From: Nemertoderma westbladi
Taxonomy: Eukaryota; Animalia; Xenacoelomorpha
Assembly (NCBI GenBank): GCA_032718475.1
Contig: JAUCBJ010008457.1
Span: forward strand, 1-44,717
Direction: 5' to 3'
DNA: 44,717 nt
A model generated the notes under the pieces. It worked only from the letters and a program-made list of their open reading frames with translations. It was not told the origin of the DNA and searched no databases. The first letter of the stretch is position 1, and every line of letters begins with the position of its first letter. Made by a program: the position numbers and the translations under genes. Of the stretch, positions 22,096-34,089 are shown piece by piece.

Positions 22096-23453
22096 GCTTA
22101 GCTATACAGTTGAATGCTTACTGCTATAGTTACAGTTAAAGCAAGTCTAGTAATTCAGTATGACCGTTGGCCTAGTACCGGTAATTTATTACAGTATATT
22201 AGAATACCGGTATACACTTATAGTATATATAAGTATTGTAGACTAGGTTTGTCGCAGAATACCGGCATATAATTTTAGCACAAATATATATAAATATATA
22301 ATAGGCCTATCGTGAATACCGGTATGCAGCTTACACTTATAGTATATATAAGTATAATTATGAACTAGAATTAATTACAGAATACCGGTATGATTTCAGC
22401 CCAAATTTATAGAAATAAATATAATAAGCCTATGGTAAATACCGGTATGTCAATTATTTTAGAATAATTGAATTTCTGAAATTTTAGGGTTACTTGTTTA
22501 CTTTAACTTACTTTATTACCGTTATTTAAGCAGTAGTCCAACTGATATTGAGACCTAGTTGTTGTATGACAGGCCTACTCGCTTATAAACCTTTGAGTTG
22601 ATTTATAATAGATATATATATATGTATATACCCGTATGAGGGGTTTTGTTACAATATTGAAATAGATGTTACTATTTCTGGGAAATAATCACTACACAGA
22701 AGCTGTGCGCTCTCAGTGAAGTGCTACTTATTGGACACTAAAACAGATAATTCTACTTCCTAAGTTACTTATCTACGAATTACTTACGATACTGGTGAGA
22801 TTAATTCTCTAACTAAACACAACAAAAAATATTACGTACGAAATTTTAGGGTAATTTTACAGGAAGTCTACAAACCAGCCTAACAAAGGGTTAGAATTCT
22901 GGTTATTACAATGGACAGGGTACTACGGTATTTGAAAATAATAAGTAGTAGTAAATATGTTGCGCTGTCCAGATAGGAAAAATACCACTGTCTGACGACC
23001 TATAGCCGTATCGCTATAGGTACTACGTTATGTATCACGGAGTGTTCCTACCTGGAAGTTAATTACCGCGGAGTACCAGATCCAACGTGCCTATTAACCA
23101 CTTTACAACACAATACACTGCCTACACACTAATTACTTTCGGAAAGCACTGTACACCAAACCCTAAATTAGGTACAAGTACTTATTAAAAACAGATAACT
23201 AGCAGTTAAATATACTTGAACAGTTAAAAGAACCACGGCATCTGCTGGAGTGACCGGAGCACTAAGTCACCAGTCTTTACCTACGCCAAGCAGCCCGTGT
23301 AGTACCGGGGTTAATTTAACTATAACGGTATGTGTAACAAGCACAATTACTGTAGGAATAAACTTGGGGACATGAATGTTGCGAATAATCGCATAAACTC
23401 TGAATAATAAATATTACGCTACCCGTACAGAATACTCAAACAAAATACAAACC

Positions 23454-23984
23454 AAACGCTGGCAGACTACCATCAAGCCTAAATAAACTACAGTATGTGC
23501 AGATTCCAAAATGGTTAGTTAGTATGCGTTCTAACACGGTAGTACGACTTATTCTTTAGGAGGGGGTTGACCTTACAACTCAAGATGCCCCAACTTACTA
23601 ACTGGCACTTTATCGGACAGACTCTACACACGCCGCAATCTCTCCAGACCCAACAACAGCCAGACAACAATACAGCCTACAAAATATCTGAGTAATAACT
23701 ATTACGGTACCTGAACAGACCACACAAACAAACACAGGCTAAAACGCTGGTAGACTACTATCAAGCCTAATTAAACTACAGTATATGTAGATTCCAAAAT
23801 GGTTAGTTAGTATGCGTTCTAACACGGTAGTACGACTTATTCTTTAGGAGGGGGTTGACCTTACAACTCAAGATGCCCCAACTTACTAACTGGCACTTTA
23901 TCGGACAGACTCTACACACGCCGTAATCTCTCCAGACCCAACAACAGCCAGACAACAATCCAGCCTACAAAATATCTGAGTAAT
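23454..23984. repeat. 243-bp direct duplication in the 5' leader of the BEL element (23454-23696 and 23742-23984)
   Basis: Near-identical copies from aaacgctgg.agactac to aaaatatctgagtaat. Confidence 0.92.
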
Positions 23985-24168
23985 CTGAGCAGACTTACAC
24001 GTCTTCTGCTCAATATTAACTTACATGTAAATAAAACCGACAGAAATAAGTAAAATCTCAATAAAAAACCAGGGCGGCCATTCCCTGATTAAGTACTAAG
24101 ACCTACCGGTATACAATAATCAAAATCGAATAATACTAATGTACTTATACTGGAAGTACCGGTTAGGA

Positions 24169-24320
24169 CAGTTGGGCCTACAGACCTACAGCAGTACCGA
24201 TTCTGGCAGTTGGGCCTACAGACCTACAGCAGTACCGGTGCAAGCAGTTGGGCCTACGGACCTACAGCAGTACCGATTCTGGCAGTTGGTCCTACGGACC
24301 TACAGCAGTACCGGTTCAGG
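24169..24320. repeat. 38-bp tandem repeat x4 next to the 5' LTR
   Basis: Unit cagttgggcctacagacctacagcagtaccgattctgg with alternating 3' variants. Confidence 0.92.
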
Positions 24321-24382
24321 TTTACCGGTTGACCGGTACTTTCAACTTTATTGCTTACTGCAATAAAGAAGATAACTGTTAT

Positions 24383-25581
24383 TGTACGCGCTTTTGAAGA
24401 CCTTTAGCAGTTTAACCTGCCAAAATTTATATGTCTTTTGGTTTATAAATAGACTTTAACATATGACAAGTATTTAATACCAATAAACACAACATTAGCC
24501 GAAGCCAGCCTAGTGCGCGTCCATTCACCCGCTGGATATACCCGGGAGACTGGATTCAGAGGGCTTAGATTTTATTGCAGTGTAAGCTTACTGTATTATT
24601 CGATTGATCGTTAATAAATAATTTCTGACGAATATTATTCACTTTCGGGAAATATTAACAGTTCCTTTAGGACGTGGCGCTCTATCTAGGTAAACAGAGA
24701 TATGACTTATACTAGACACAACGGTAAGACGGTAAGGCTTATGATTCACGTATGAGGCGCATTCTTTAGGAAATGCTTAGTTATCAGCCACAATCATGCA
24801 CACTACCGGTACCGCACAATACTGCACACTAATCTGCCGACCGTCAATGAATTTTATCATACATAAAGAGAACAGCAATTGACTCATGTAGTGCCTATCA
24901 AATAGCATTAAATTCACTACAAACCACGATAATATAAGTCGCAATCGCTATATGTAACCTGTCTCTCTAACCTGTAGTGTATCAAGAAAATTGGGAAATT
25001 TGGGTTATTTATCGATGTTCTCCAAGTAATAATATTCAACCAACTGATACAAATAATGACAACAGTAAATAGCAGTATAATAATGTATGTTGCAGTGACT
25101 TGCACCGTGCACTGAACCGATAATGTAAGACTGAACTGATTGGGTTGCACTGATAACAGTTATACGTTCTATAATCTAAGCCTACTAATGTTTCTTCTAA
25201 AGTCTGAAACCAATTGACTCCAGAGCCGGTGTTCTTGGCCTAGATAGAAACAACAAAACTATAACACTGTAAGACTGAACACGCCTAGTACGATCTGTAG
25301 AATATCTCCACGTCTAAAGTAAAAATCGCTCTGATTGGCTGTTATGCTGAACAAAGAACCATGTGTCCAACGGCCGTTTCCATGCCAGCAACCAGCTGTT
25401 AGATGTCGTAATCTGAATCATCAAGGCTACACTGTGCTAGAGGATTTGACGCATTGCGGGTTTTGTGTCTTGCCATGTCCTCCAAAGCACACATATAGAA
25501 GAACAACTTTTATGTCCGTTAAAACACCCACACGGTACTTTGCGGGCAAGGGGACTGATTATATCCGCAAAAGCTTTTACA
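24383..25581 (-). repeat. 5' LTR of the BEL/Pao element (1199 bp)
   Basis: TG...CA; matches 9504-10702; flanked by TSD ACTAC. Confidence 0.95.
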
Positions 25582-25699
25582 ACTACTGAGAGACTTCTGA
25601 CGGCCTACTGACCGAATTATGACATATATGGACAAACCAGGCAGATGGGATTCACATGTAGTTTGGGAGGTTCAAATCCAAGTAAAATAAAGTCATCTG

Positions 25700-27835
25700 C
25701 CCGATTAAGTAATTTTGTACTATAGGCTTAAATAAATCATTTATTGTGTATATTCTATTTATATTGTCGTATCGTATGGCGTCCCATATAATTGGAATCA
25801 GTGTTAAAGCAGTGAAAGAATCGTTAGAGAACAATATCAGTTATAATAAATTGATAATTCAACCCAACTTGTTCTTTTTAATTTTTGATCTATGTTATCC
25901 TGTATTATCCAACCTCTCCCCGATCTGGTGACAAGTATCGCTGAGATCCAGAAACCTTCTCGAACGGCAACAAACTATTTGGTGTTGGAGTATATATTTG
26001 GAATCAGATCGATTAATGGTTTGGTGATATATCATTAACACTTAACCCTATTAAACCCGGGGGGGGGGGGTCAATATGACCCCCCCCGTGGTTTTTTTAT
26101 TATAATTCTGAAACAAACGCAGTTGGGAATCTGAAATTTTATGACTTTTCCTAAAAATCTATTGTCTTCCTAGTAGAGAAAACCGTTTTCAAAAATATTG
26201 GGTACTTTTCGAGTTATTGCACCATTTTTTAACCCTACTTTTGGCACTTTTTTTGAGGCGTTTTTTGAAAATTACATTTCATTAAATAAGAATTGTAATG
26301 CCGCTATTTTTGATTTACACCGGTTTTTTGGTGTTAGAAATTTGATGGAATTCATATAAATTGATTTAGAAATTTCAAACTTGTTTTTTTCGGTGGGTGC
26401 CAAATTTTGGTGCCAGCACCAAATTTTGAAATAAGTCAATTTTGTAAATTGATCGTTTGAAACTTGTTTTTTACGCAATTGGGGTTTTTTGGGTTTCTGG
26501 ATTCGATGAAATATATACGAGTTGCACCAAGCGTATCAAACTTGTATTTTTCGGTGCTGTGTGCAAATTTTGGTGCTAGCACGAAATTTTAAAAATCCAT
26601 TCAATAGATAAAATTGCTTGTGACAATTTATTTCTTGCGTTTTAGAGGTTTATGGCTGTTCTGAATTCAATGGAAAATATAATTATCGAACTAGACATCT
26701 CAAACTTGTATTTTTCGGAAGTGGGTGCAAAATTTGGTGCTAGCACCAAATTTTGAAAACCATCAAATATATCAATTGATTGTGTCACCTTGTTTCTTGC
26801 GTTATACGGGTTTGTGATGGTTCTGAATTCAATGGAATCAGTAAAAATTTCATAAGAGTTCTCAAACTTGTATTTTTCGCCGGTGGGTGAAAATTGTTGT
26901 GCCAGCACCAAATTTTGGAAAATATGCAAATTGATAAGTAGATAGTATCACCTTGTTTCTTGCGTTATACGGGTTTATGAGGGTCCTGAATCCGATGGAA
27001 TCAATAAAAACAGCACTGGACATCGCAAACTTGTACTTTTTGGTGATGGGTACGAAATTTGGTGCTAGCACCAAAATTTGCCAAATTACGCCTAAAAATA
27101 CAAGTAGCAATGATCTGGCATATTAGAAATGTATTCCATTAGAATCAGCGCCCTCGAAAACCTGAAAATGTGAATTTATAGCATCGTATAAGTGAATTAA
27201 AAATTTTGTGTTCAAACTGAAAAGTGCTGGTTACTTGTTTTTTTCATTTTTTTCCTACGCAGAGAGGACTAAACAGCCATTTATAGTAATCATATCATTT
27301 TTTAATATTTTCCAATGTATTTTGCACCCAAGAAAACCAGTATTGAAAAATAATTAGCCGAAAATGTAACTTTCAAATTTGGTGAAAATTGTGCACTACT
27401 TGTAATTTTGGTGCTGCAATATAACCACTCCAATACATTTTTTCGAAAAAATTTTTTTTCGGTCGGATCCAGACAAGTGATACCTACGTACAAACAAAAA
27501 ATCAGACGTTTTCGTAAATATTTGTAGATTTTAGAGGGGGGGGGGGTCAATATGACCCCCCCCCCCGGTATTTGTACAACATTTTATAGCCTGGTACTAA
27601 TAGGGTTAAGAGAACCACATCATTACGAATTAAATTGATGTACAACCCAACTCGTTTTTTTTTCATTTCGACCTGCATTATCAAACTTGCCCCGACAACA
27701 AATACCAGTGAATAGTTTCTGGAGATCGCAAAGATCTCGGAACTTAGATCGACATCATCCCCGTGATTGAGAATTGACGGCAACAGTCACTGAAGTATTG
27801 ATTGCCAGTATGGCAAAATTTATTATTACAAAATT
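25700..27835 (-). pseudogene. Possible endogenous dsRNA-virus (Ghabrivirales/totivirus-like) RdRp fragment split by a MITE
   Basis: With two 1-nt frame corrections and removal of the 26046-27605 MITE, the minus strand reads IINFAYW..ILNHGDDVD..IMQVE...YINLIRND..N(G)YITKPLIDLI..LVTRSG. This resembles toti-like motif B end (N..Y), motif C (GDD), EFLR-like and GY..R motifs in the right order. Confidence 0.35.
26046..27605. mobile_element. piggyBac-like non-autonomous element (MITE), TTAA TSD
   Basis: TTAA at 26042-26045 and 27606-27609; termini CCCTATTA / TAATAGGG. Subterminal palindrome gggggtcaatatgacccccc at both ends. Internal ~180-bp repeats with aaatttggtgctagcaccaaattt palindromes. No transposase. 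Confidence 0.88.
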
Positions 27836-28682
27836 GTTCCTCACCATCGACTTGGGGGGGGGGGGGGGGCGAGTAAAAAAAAAATAAAAAAAAATGTATT
27901 CTTGGTGGTCAAAAGTGTTCAAAAGATCAGTAAAAGTTCAAAAGATCACGTTATGGTAACCCCCAAATTATTTTACATAATATGGGGAAGGAACATTTTT
28001 TGTATATTTCGAAATTTTAGTTGATACATTTGATTAGGCTCAATTATGGCTGATCATACAAAGATAGTATTTTTTTGCAAATCCGACACAGAATGAGTCT
28101 CGCTTTGAAAACAGAAAAAAATGTTTCTTACCATCGATTTAGGGAGGGGGCGGGGGGGGGGGGGGGTGGAGATGTGGTAGGTAAAATATACACGTTGTGG
28201 GGTCTTCGAGTGTTCAAATGTTCAATGAATGAACAGCGACTAATTAACAAATTTATGAGAGACTCATTGACCAGCTACCGACAGACCAATATTGTCACAT
28301 ATATTTTAGTTTAATGTTTGATTCAATTAGAGGCACAAATTAAAAAGGCTACAAATATATAGGGGTGAATAATTAAATTAATCACCCATTAAAAGGTAGC
28401 CAAATATAAGTTGCAATCTATATAAATTTTTAAATTCAGTAGTGTGCGTGTGTTGTGTATTGATTCCGTAGATTTCATGTTGTAATAGCGTTCATTAATT
28501 TAATTTCTATTTAATTATTCAGGCATACTAATACCCACATTAAATTAGTTCGTGTGTGTTAAGTGTGTAAGATTTGATTGTTTCGTCACGAAACCATTAG
28601 GGCACAGAAACTGACGAATTCTTCGCGAATTTCGCAAACGTCGCAAACTTAGGGAATTTGTTCTACAATTTTGACTCCTTAA

Positions 28683-29062
28683 GCAAAAGGGTCCCGAATG
28701 AGTTTTTTAACCTTTATTTTTTTGTGAATTTGAGTGCTTTTTTATATTAGTGAATGTTCTAGAACCTTAGTAGATTTTTTATGGTATATAGCTAGTATTT
28801 TTTACTAGCTAGTAATTTTTGGAAATTATTTTGGTCATTAATATATTCTTCAACAGTTTAACCTGAAATATCATGGACATTCACATTTTTTAAAATTTCA
28901 AAAAAAAAAGTACTAGCTAGCAAAAAAACACTAGCTATCATAAAAAACATATCTACTAATGTTGTAGAACTTTTACCAATACCAAAAAAATTTATAAACT
29001 CTAAAAAAGGATTGGTGGAAAATGGCTGGGGTGTCGACAGGGCGAAGTAGGGACCGTGTTGC
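28683..29062. mobile_element. Small TTAA-flanked palindromic element, same core family as 5559-6133
   Basis: TTAA at 28679-28682 and 29063-29066; imperfect TIR gcaaaagggtccc / gggaccgtgttgc; internal inverted core tgaatgttctagaac...gttgtagaactttta. Confidence 0.55.
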
Positions 29063-29311
29063 TTAACCCCTTAGAGCCTAATGACGTCCACTGCACGTCA
29101 CCATGGACAGCACGAAGACGTGCAGTGGACGTCATGCTGGAATACATGTTTTATTGGAAGGCTCTTGGAGTAGGTATACTGGTGGATAGTATTAATGACA
29201 TTTATTGCTCTTGATGGCAAAAAATCCATTCTGTACTGTAGATAGGCTGTATTGTAGACTGTATTATTAGTGTTAGGTATATGGCGTAATGCCAACCACA
29301 GTACAGTAGTT

Positions 29312-31420
29312 CAGACTGACAGAGAGACCGACAGACAGACAGACTAGATTTATGTAAACGTGTAAACTGACATCAGAAATGAAATCAGCAACCCTTAAAA
29401 CCCCCATAGCGAGAATGTTGGTTAGTTAGTATACTTTCTTAAGTTTTCACAGACTGACTGACAGAAAGACCGACAGCCAAACAGACTAGATTTTTTTAAA
29501 CGTGAAAACTGACATCTAAAATAAAATCAGCACCCATTAAAACCCCCATAACGACAATGTTAATTAGTTTGTATTCTTTTTTAAGTTTTGACAACTGACT
29601 GACTGAAAGAAAGACCGACAAACAGACAGACTAGATTTTTTTAAACGTGAAAACTGACATCTAAAATAAAATCAGCACCCATTAAAACCCCCATAACGAG
29701 AATGTTAGTTAGTTTGTATTCTTTTTTAAGTTTTGACAGACTGACTGACTGACAGAAAGACCGACAAACAGACAGACTAGATTTATGCAAACCTGAAAAC
29801 TGACATCAGAAATGAAATCAGCACCCCTTAACCCTATTACCACTGGGGGGGGGGCCGAATCGGCCCCTTCCTAGTTTTTAGTTGCTGTAACTATGCAACC
29901 ACATTACGTACCGGCCCAATTTTTTGTGAGAATTAGCCAAATTTAATGCCGCATCTTTTGCAAAAAACGCCGTTGCAATTGGATTTCTACTTTTCGATGT
30001 GGGTGCCACCTCAAAATTTGGTCTCCAGCACCAAATTTTTTGAAATTTTCGAATTTTACAAAGTCATTCGTGATTTAGTAATTATTTATGTTTGGGCTAT
30101 TTTTATTTATTTTTATTGGTTTGGATCACTCTAATGCTCTATACAAGTATGTAAGTGTAGTGGTACGTCATTTTTGGAGCACCAAATTTAGGGCGTGGCA
30201 CTTTTAAATTTCAAAATTACTTTATTCGGAAAATTTACTAAAGTTCTGATTTCGAAGCATTTTTATTGGTTTTCTGGAGCGCTGAATCGATTAAAAGTAG
30301 TATAGAAGCCTGAAGACTTAGTGGTTCGCCATTTTTGGTACACCAAAATTAGGGCGTGGCACTTCAAATTTTGAAAAATACGAGATTCGGAAAATTCACA
30401 AAAGTTTTGATTTCAAATGAATTTTATAGGTTTTCTGGAACGCTGAATCGATTGAAAGTAATATAGAAGCCTCAAATCCTTTGTGTACGTAATTTTCGGT
30501 GCACCAAAATTAGGGCGTGGCACTTCAAATTTTCAAAATTGCTTTATTCGGAAAAAACACTAAAGTTTTGATTTCAAAAAATGGCTAACTTCTAAGTCTT
30601 CAGGCTTCTATATTACTTTCAATCGATTCAGTTGTCTGGAAAACCTATATAAATTCGTTAAAATTTCAATTTTGGTTTATTTTCCGAAACTCGTATTTTT
30701 CAAAATTTGAAGTGCCACGCCCTAATTTTGGTGCACCAAAAATGGCGAACCACTCAGTCCTCAGGCTTCTATATTACTTTCAATCGATTCAGCGGCACAG
30801 AAAACCCATAAAGATGCGTTGAAATAAAAAAATTAGGGGCATTTTCTGAATATCTAATTTTTCAAAATTTGAAGTGCCACGCCCACTTCTTAGGTGCACG
30901 AAAAATAGCATCCACTTCAATTTTGGAAGTGGAATATAATCACATTCGATTCAGCGTCTTGAAAAACCTACTAAATCTAGCCAACACTGCCACACTATTA
31001 GTTTTTAGAAAACGAAAAATTTTGTAATTTTGTCCTGGGACTACTTTTATTTTTCATCAAAATTATGAGTCCCTGCTTATGAAATTTTAACTTTTTAAGG
31101 TTTGGTAGTGTTCATCTATAGTTGTTTCACCAACAGCCCAAATTTTGTAGGATTTCATTGGACGACTACAAAAATATAGTGGGTGGGCCGAATCGGCCCC
31201 CCCCCAGTGGTGCTAATGGTCAAAACACCCCAGTGGTAATAGGGTTAAAACCCCCATAGCGAGAATGTTACTGTAGTTAATTTGAATTATCTTTTAAGTT
31301 TTGGCAGACTGACTGACAGAATGACCGACAGACAGACAGACTAGATTTATGTAAACGTGAAAACTGACATCAGAAATGTAATCAGCACTCCTTAAAACCC
31401 CCATAGCGAGAATGTTAGCG
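29312..31420. repeat. 142-146-bp tandem repeat (about 5 units with gaca/gact microsatellite), interrupted by a nested MITE
   Basis: gactagattt....aaacgtgaaaactgacatc.....aatcagcaccc.ttaaaaccccca recurs at 29342, 29484, 29629, 29775 and ~31339. Confidence 0.88.
29832..31244. mobile_element. Nested piggyBac-like MITE with 17-bp perfect TIR
   Basis: TTAA at 29828-29831 and 31245-31248; TIR ccctattaccactgggg / ccccagtggtaataggg; subterminal gggccgaatcggccc palindromes; internal inverted arrays (agggcgtggcacttcaaattt x3 forward, x2 reverse). Confidence 0.92.
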
Positions 31421-32066
31421 ACAAGTTTTAAATATTAACCATATTTCGTAAGATATATTTTAAAACATTTATTTATTAATAATGCAATAACTGAATAACC
31501 AGATAACGGAAAGACAAATCGAATTGAAACTTTTAATTACTAATAATAATTGTGGTGAGAAGTGATGGAAATCAAGAATATATGTTATGTTATGGAGCAC
31601 GCGTTGGTAGGCACAGGCAAATGAATTGATGTCTGTTGAGATGTATTGAAGGAGCACTATTCCTTCTACTGGACTACTATGTCCTTGTGTACTAGCCTAG
31701 GCACTGGCTTGGCCAATGACTTTAGCTTGCCAACTGTAAAACTTCAAGAAATATTATTGGGCACGGCTGCCCTTGCCATGCCTTAGGCTCTATGGGGGAG
31801 AATGGAATCAGCGTATGAATTTAAAATGTTAATTATGTTTAAATCAATTAAAAATACATTTATTAACGCAAATCACTTGAAAAAATAAAAAACTATAATG
31901 GGATGGGGTACATGGATTCCAGATATCTAATTTCAGTGCAAAATAACTTTAATCGTATGGTGCTAAACAATTAATTTCCATGGCGAGACCCTTTCAAAAT
32001 GACTCAACCATACAATTTAGCTGAAGATATTAACTTCGATTATGGCTTCCGACATTTATGGCTACC

Positions 32067-32140
32067 GACACACCTACGTACACACACACCCCCCCCCCCC
32101 CCACACACACACACGTACACACACACACGTCACACACAGA
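32067..32140. repeat. (CA)n / poly-C microsatellite
   Basis: cacacacac tracts flanking a C run. Confidence 0.8.
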
Positions 32141-32378
32141 CTTTTGAAAAACGGCCATAGTATAATTATATCAGTTCGCTGATGGCTCGCCATACGTGTC
32201 TCGCCCCACAGAATAAAAATAAATCTTGATGGTCAAAACTGGTTTGGAATCAATTCCTACAATGCTGCCATAACTTGAGAACTATTGATATATTATTAGT
32301 GAAGTTATATGCACTCTATTTTCTAAAACTTGCTTCTCATAGTCAACATACTTGAGGTAATAATGAACTAAAACTTAC

Positions 32379-32555
32379 TCATATAGAGTCCACGTCCCCG
32401 ATGTGATAATGAATGACGCTGTGATGTCTCCGAAACCAAGAGTATGTAGATCAGGAACTGAGTGATCTAAAGCCTGCGCCTCACCAGCAAAATCTAAATG
32501 GTTGAACAACACGATCGCTGCACCAGAACCATCACATAGCGTCAGAGGTCGAGCG
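32379..32555 (-). CDS. Internal exon (177 bp, phase 2-2) of a beta/gamma-crystallin-domain gene
   Basis: Acceptor atacAG, donor GTAAGT. Translates ARPLTLCDGSGAAIVLFNHLDFAGEAQALDHSVPDLHTLGFGDITASFIITSGTWTLY(E/D), a Greek-key pattern I.LF...F.G...S.PDL...GF.D...S....G.W.LY. Confidence 0.85.
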
Positions 32556-32777
32556 CTGTATGATTAAAATGATTTCATTTTATTGAATAGGCTAGAACAA
32601 TAGGTAATAACATAGGTCGGAACATATGACTAGTGATAAGAGTAGCGAACACCACTTATAGTCAGTCGCCTCTAGCTTTGAGTGACTATTTGCTATTTGC
32701 TTTCAAATACTAATACTTTAACGCTTTGCTCATAGTTAATTGCATAGTTAAATTGCATAGTTAAATGCTCTAATTAC

Positions 32778-32921
32778 CTCGAAATTGCATTATCTCCTGG
32801 GCCATTAGGGTGACTTGTGTAGGGTGACTCCACGTTGGTCCAACTGGCGGCATTGGAGTAATTCCCAACATCCAAGATTGCATATGTTCCTGTAAAACTA
32901 TTCCCGTCAAAAACAATCCAT
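32778..32921 (-). CDS. Internal exon (144 bp, phase 2-2) of the same beta/gamma-crystallin-domain gene
   Basis: Acceptor tttgcAG, donor GTAATT. Translates WIVFDGNSFTGTYAILDVGNYSNAASW...GDNAIS and splices in frame across a 222-bp intron to give ISSARPL, the typical end of a Greek-key motif. Confidence 0.85.
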
Positions 32922-33522
32922 CTGCAAACCAAATATTAGTAAAGATCACTGAAATATAAGTAATATAAAATTAATTTTTGAGAGGAAAAAATTGTATTCA
33001 ATTTTGTAAAAAAAATATCTGAAAATGTTGACTTAATAACTGGAGTAGTAGGAGTATGGCCGGCTTAGTGACAGTTAGACCTCACTCATGACTCATCGAT
33101 GAGTCATAGCACCCATAGGGTGTCATTGGGTGTCATAGGTGTCTAGGTAGCTGTCTAGGTGACTCCCTTCAATTAGGCTAATTTGACCCTAATTGACTGG
33201 TGTCATCAATTAATTAGTGCATTTAATCCCTAATAGGTGTCTTATGACTCCTAATTAGGGTTTAATTGATTATCCTAATCAACCAGAATGATTAGCGCCC
33301 TAACACCCAATGAGATATAAGTGATGTCTAACTATCACCTAGAGGGACATACGGGAGTTATAAGTGACACCTCTGCTCTTTTATTTTTATCTAGGCAGCT
33401 TTAATGTTGACTTTTGACCCCAAGCAGCTTTAACCAAACAGCAGGTTTTGAAAAATGATTATTTCCAAGCGCCCCACCCCCTCATCCAATAGACTCTACT
33501 AATCCTATACTAATTAGCATAG

Positions 33523-33849
33523 GGTCCCAGGTATGTCTCTCACGATGATTTTAACTTTGGTTTTATCGATCAATCTACTTTAAAGATGTTTATATATGAA
33601 TGGTTACAGCAAAAAATGCGACAAGGATTCGATATTTTAATTCGGGGAGCACCAAAATCATTCATCATGAAAAATGAATTTAAAGTGGACGCCAAACTTT
33701 TAGAGTCTCTCGGGATTATCGAAAAAATTATCGGCGATGTCAAATGGCCTTTCCACGATACTTCACCAAAGTGTACCTTTCATTCCTATCTCTATGACAA
33801 ATACTCCAATTGCTGTTCCGCTAAACTGGCCACTGGTTGTGGTTACTGA
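33523..33849 (+). pseudogene. Protein-like ORF fragment with Cys/His motif; possibly the C-terminal part of an RNase H-fold (Maelstrom-like or Polinton-associated) protein
   Basis: Open frame HDDFNFGFIDQSTLKMFIYEWL...ILIRGAPKSFIM...LLESLG...KCTFHSYLYDKYSNCCSAK with an E...C-x2-H-x9-C arrangement. Resemblance from memory only. Confidence 0.3.
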
Positions 33850-34089
33850 ATTCTTTTGAATACTGAATACTTTTACTGAATCGCAGAGTATTCTGAAGTT
33901 CCCTAGTCTGCCGCTAGAGGGTGAAATTTCTCAAAGTGAAAACCTGATCTTATAGACGTCTAGACATCTAATATGGCATTGGCTATACTTTACCGATGAG
34001 GTTGGTCGACCCGCAGTTCTCCAGTAGTCTGCTGCAAAAGACTCGGATTTAAGACCTGAGGCACTCCTCAAGCCTCAAGTTTTAGGATT

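Larger units (their letters stand above)
9504..25581 (-). mobile_element. Full-length BEL/Pao (Belpaoviridae-type) LTR retrotransposon, 16,078 bp, with an extra exonuclease ORF
   Basis: Two 1199-bp direct repeats TGTACG...TTTACA. TSD ACTAC at 9499-9503 and 25582-25586. Internal order gag (triple Zn knuckle)-PR-RT-RNase H-IN on the minus strand with BEL-type motifs. Confidence 0.97.
29067..31797. mobile_element. Outer piggyBac-like MITE containing a ~145-bp tandem array; right TTAA missing
   Basis: Left TTAA-ccccttagagcctaa; right ttaggctctatgggg (inverted match); internal tandem array at 29312-31420. Confidence 0.55.

Noticed and set aside
24169-24320. 38-bp repeats as a CRISPR array
   Set aside because: Head-to-tail units without unique spacers, inside an LTR-element leader, and no cas genes.
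27840-28310. Helitron/Helentron-like fragment (also ~31960-32210)
   Set aside because: Only a vague resemblance; no clear termini or hairpin could be defined.
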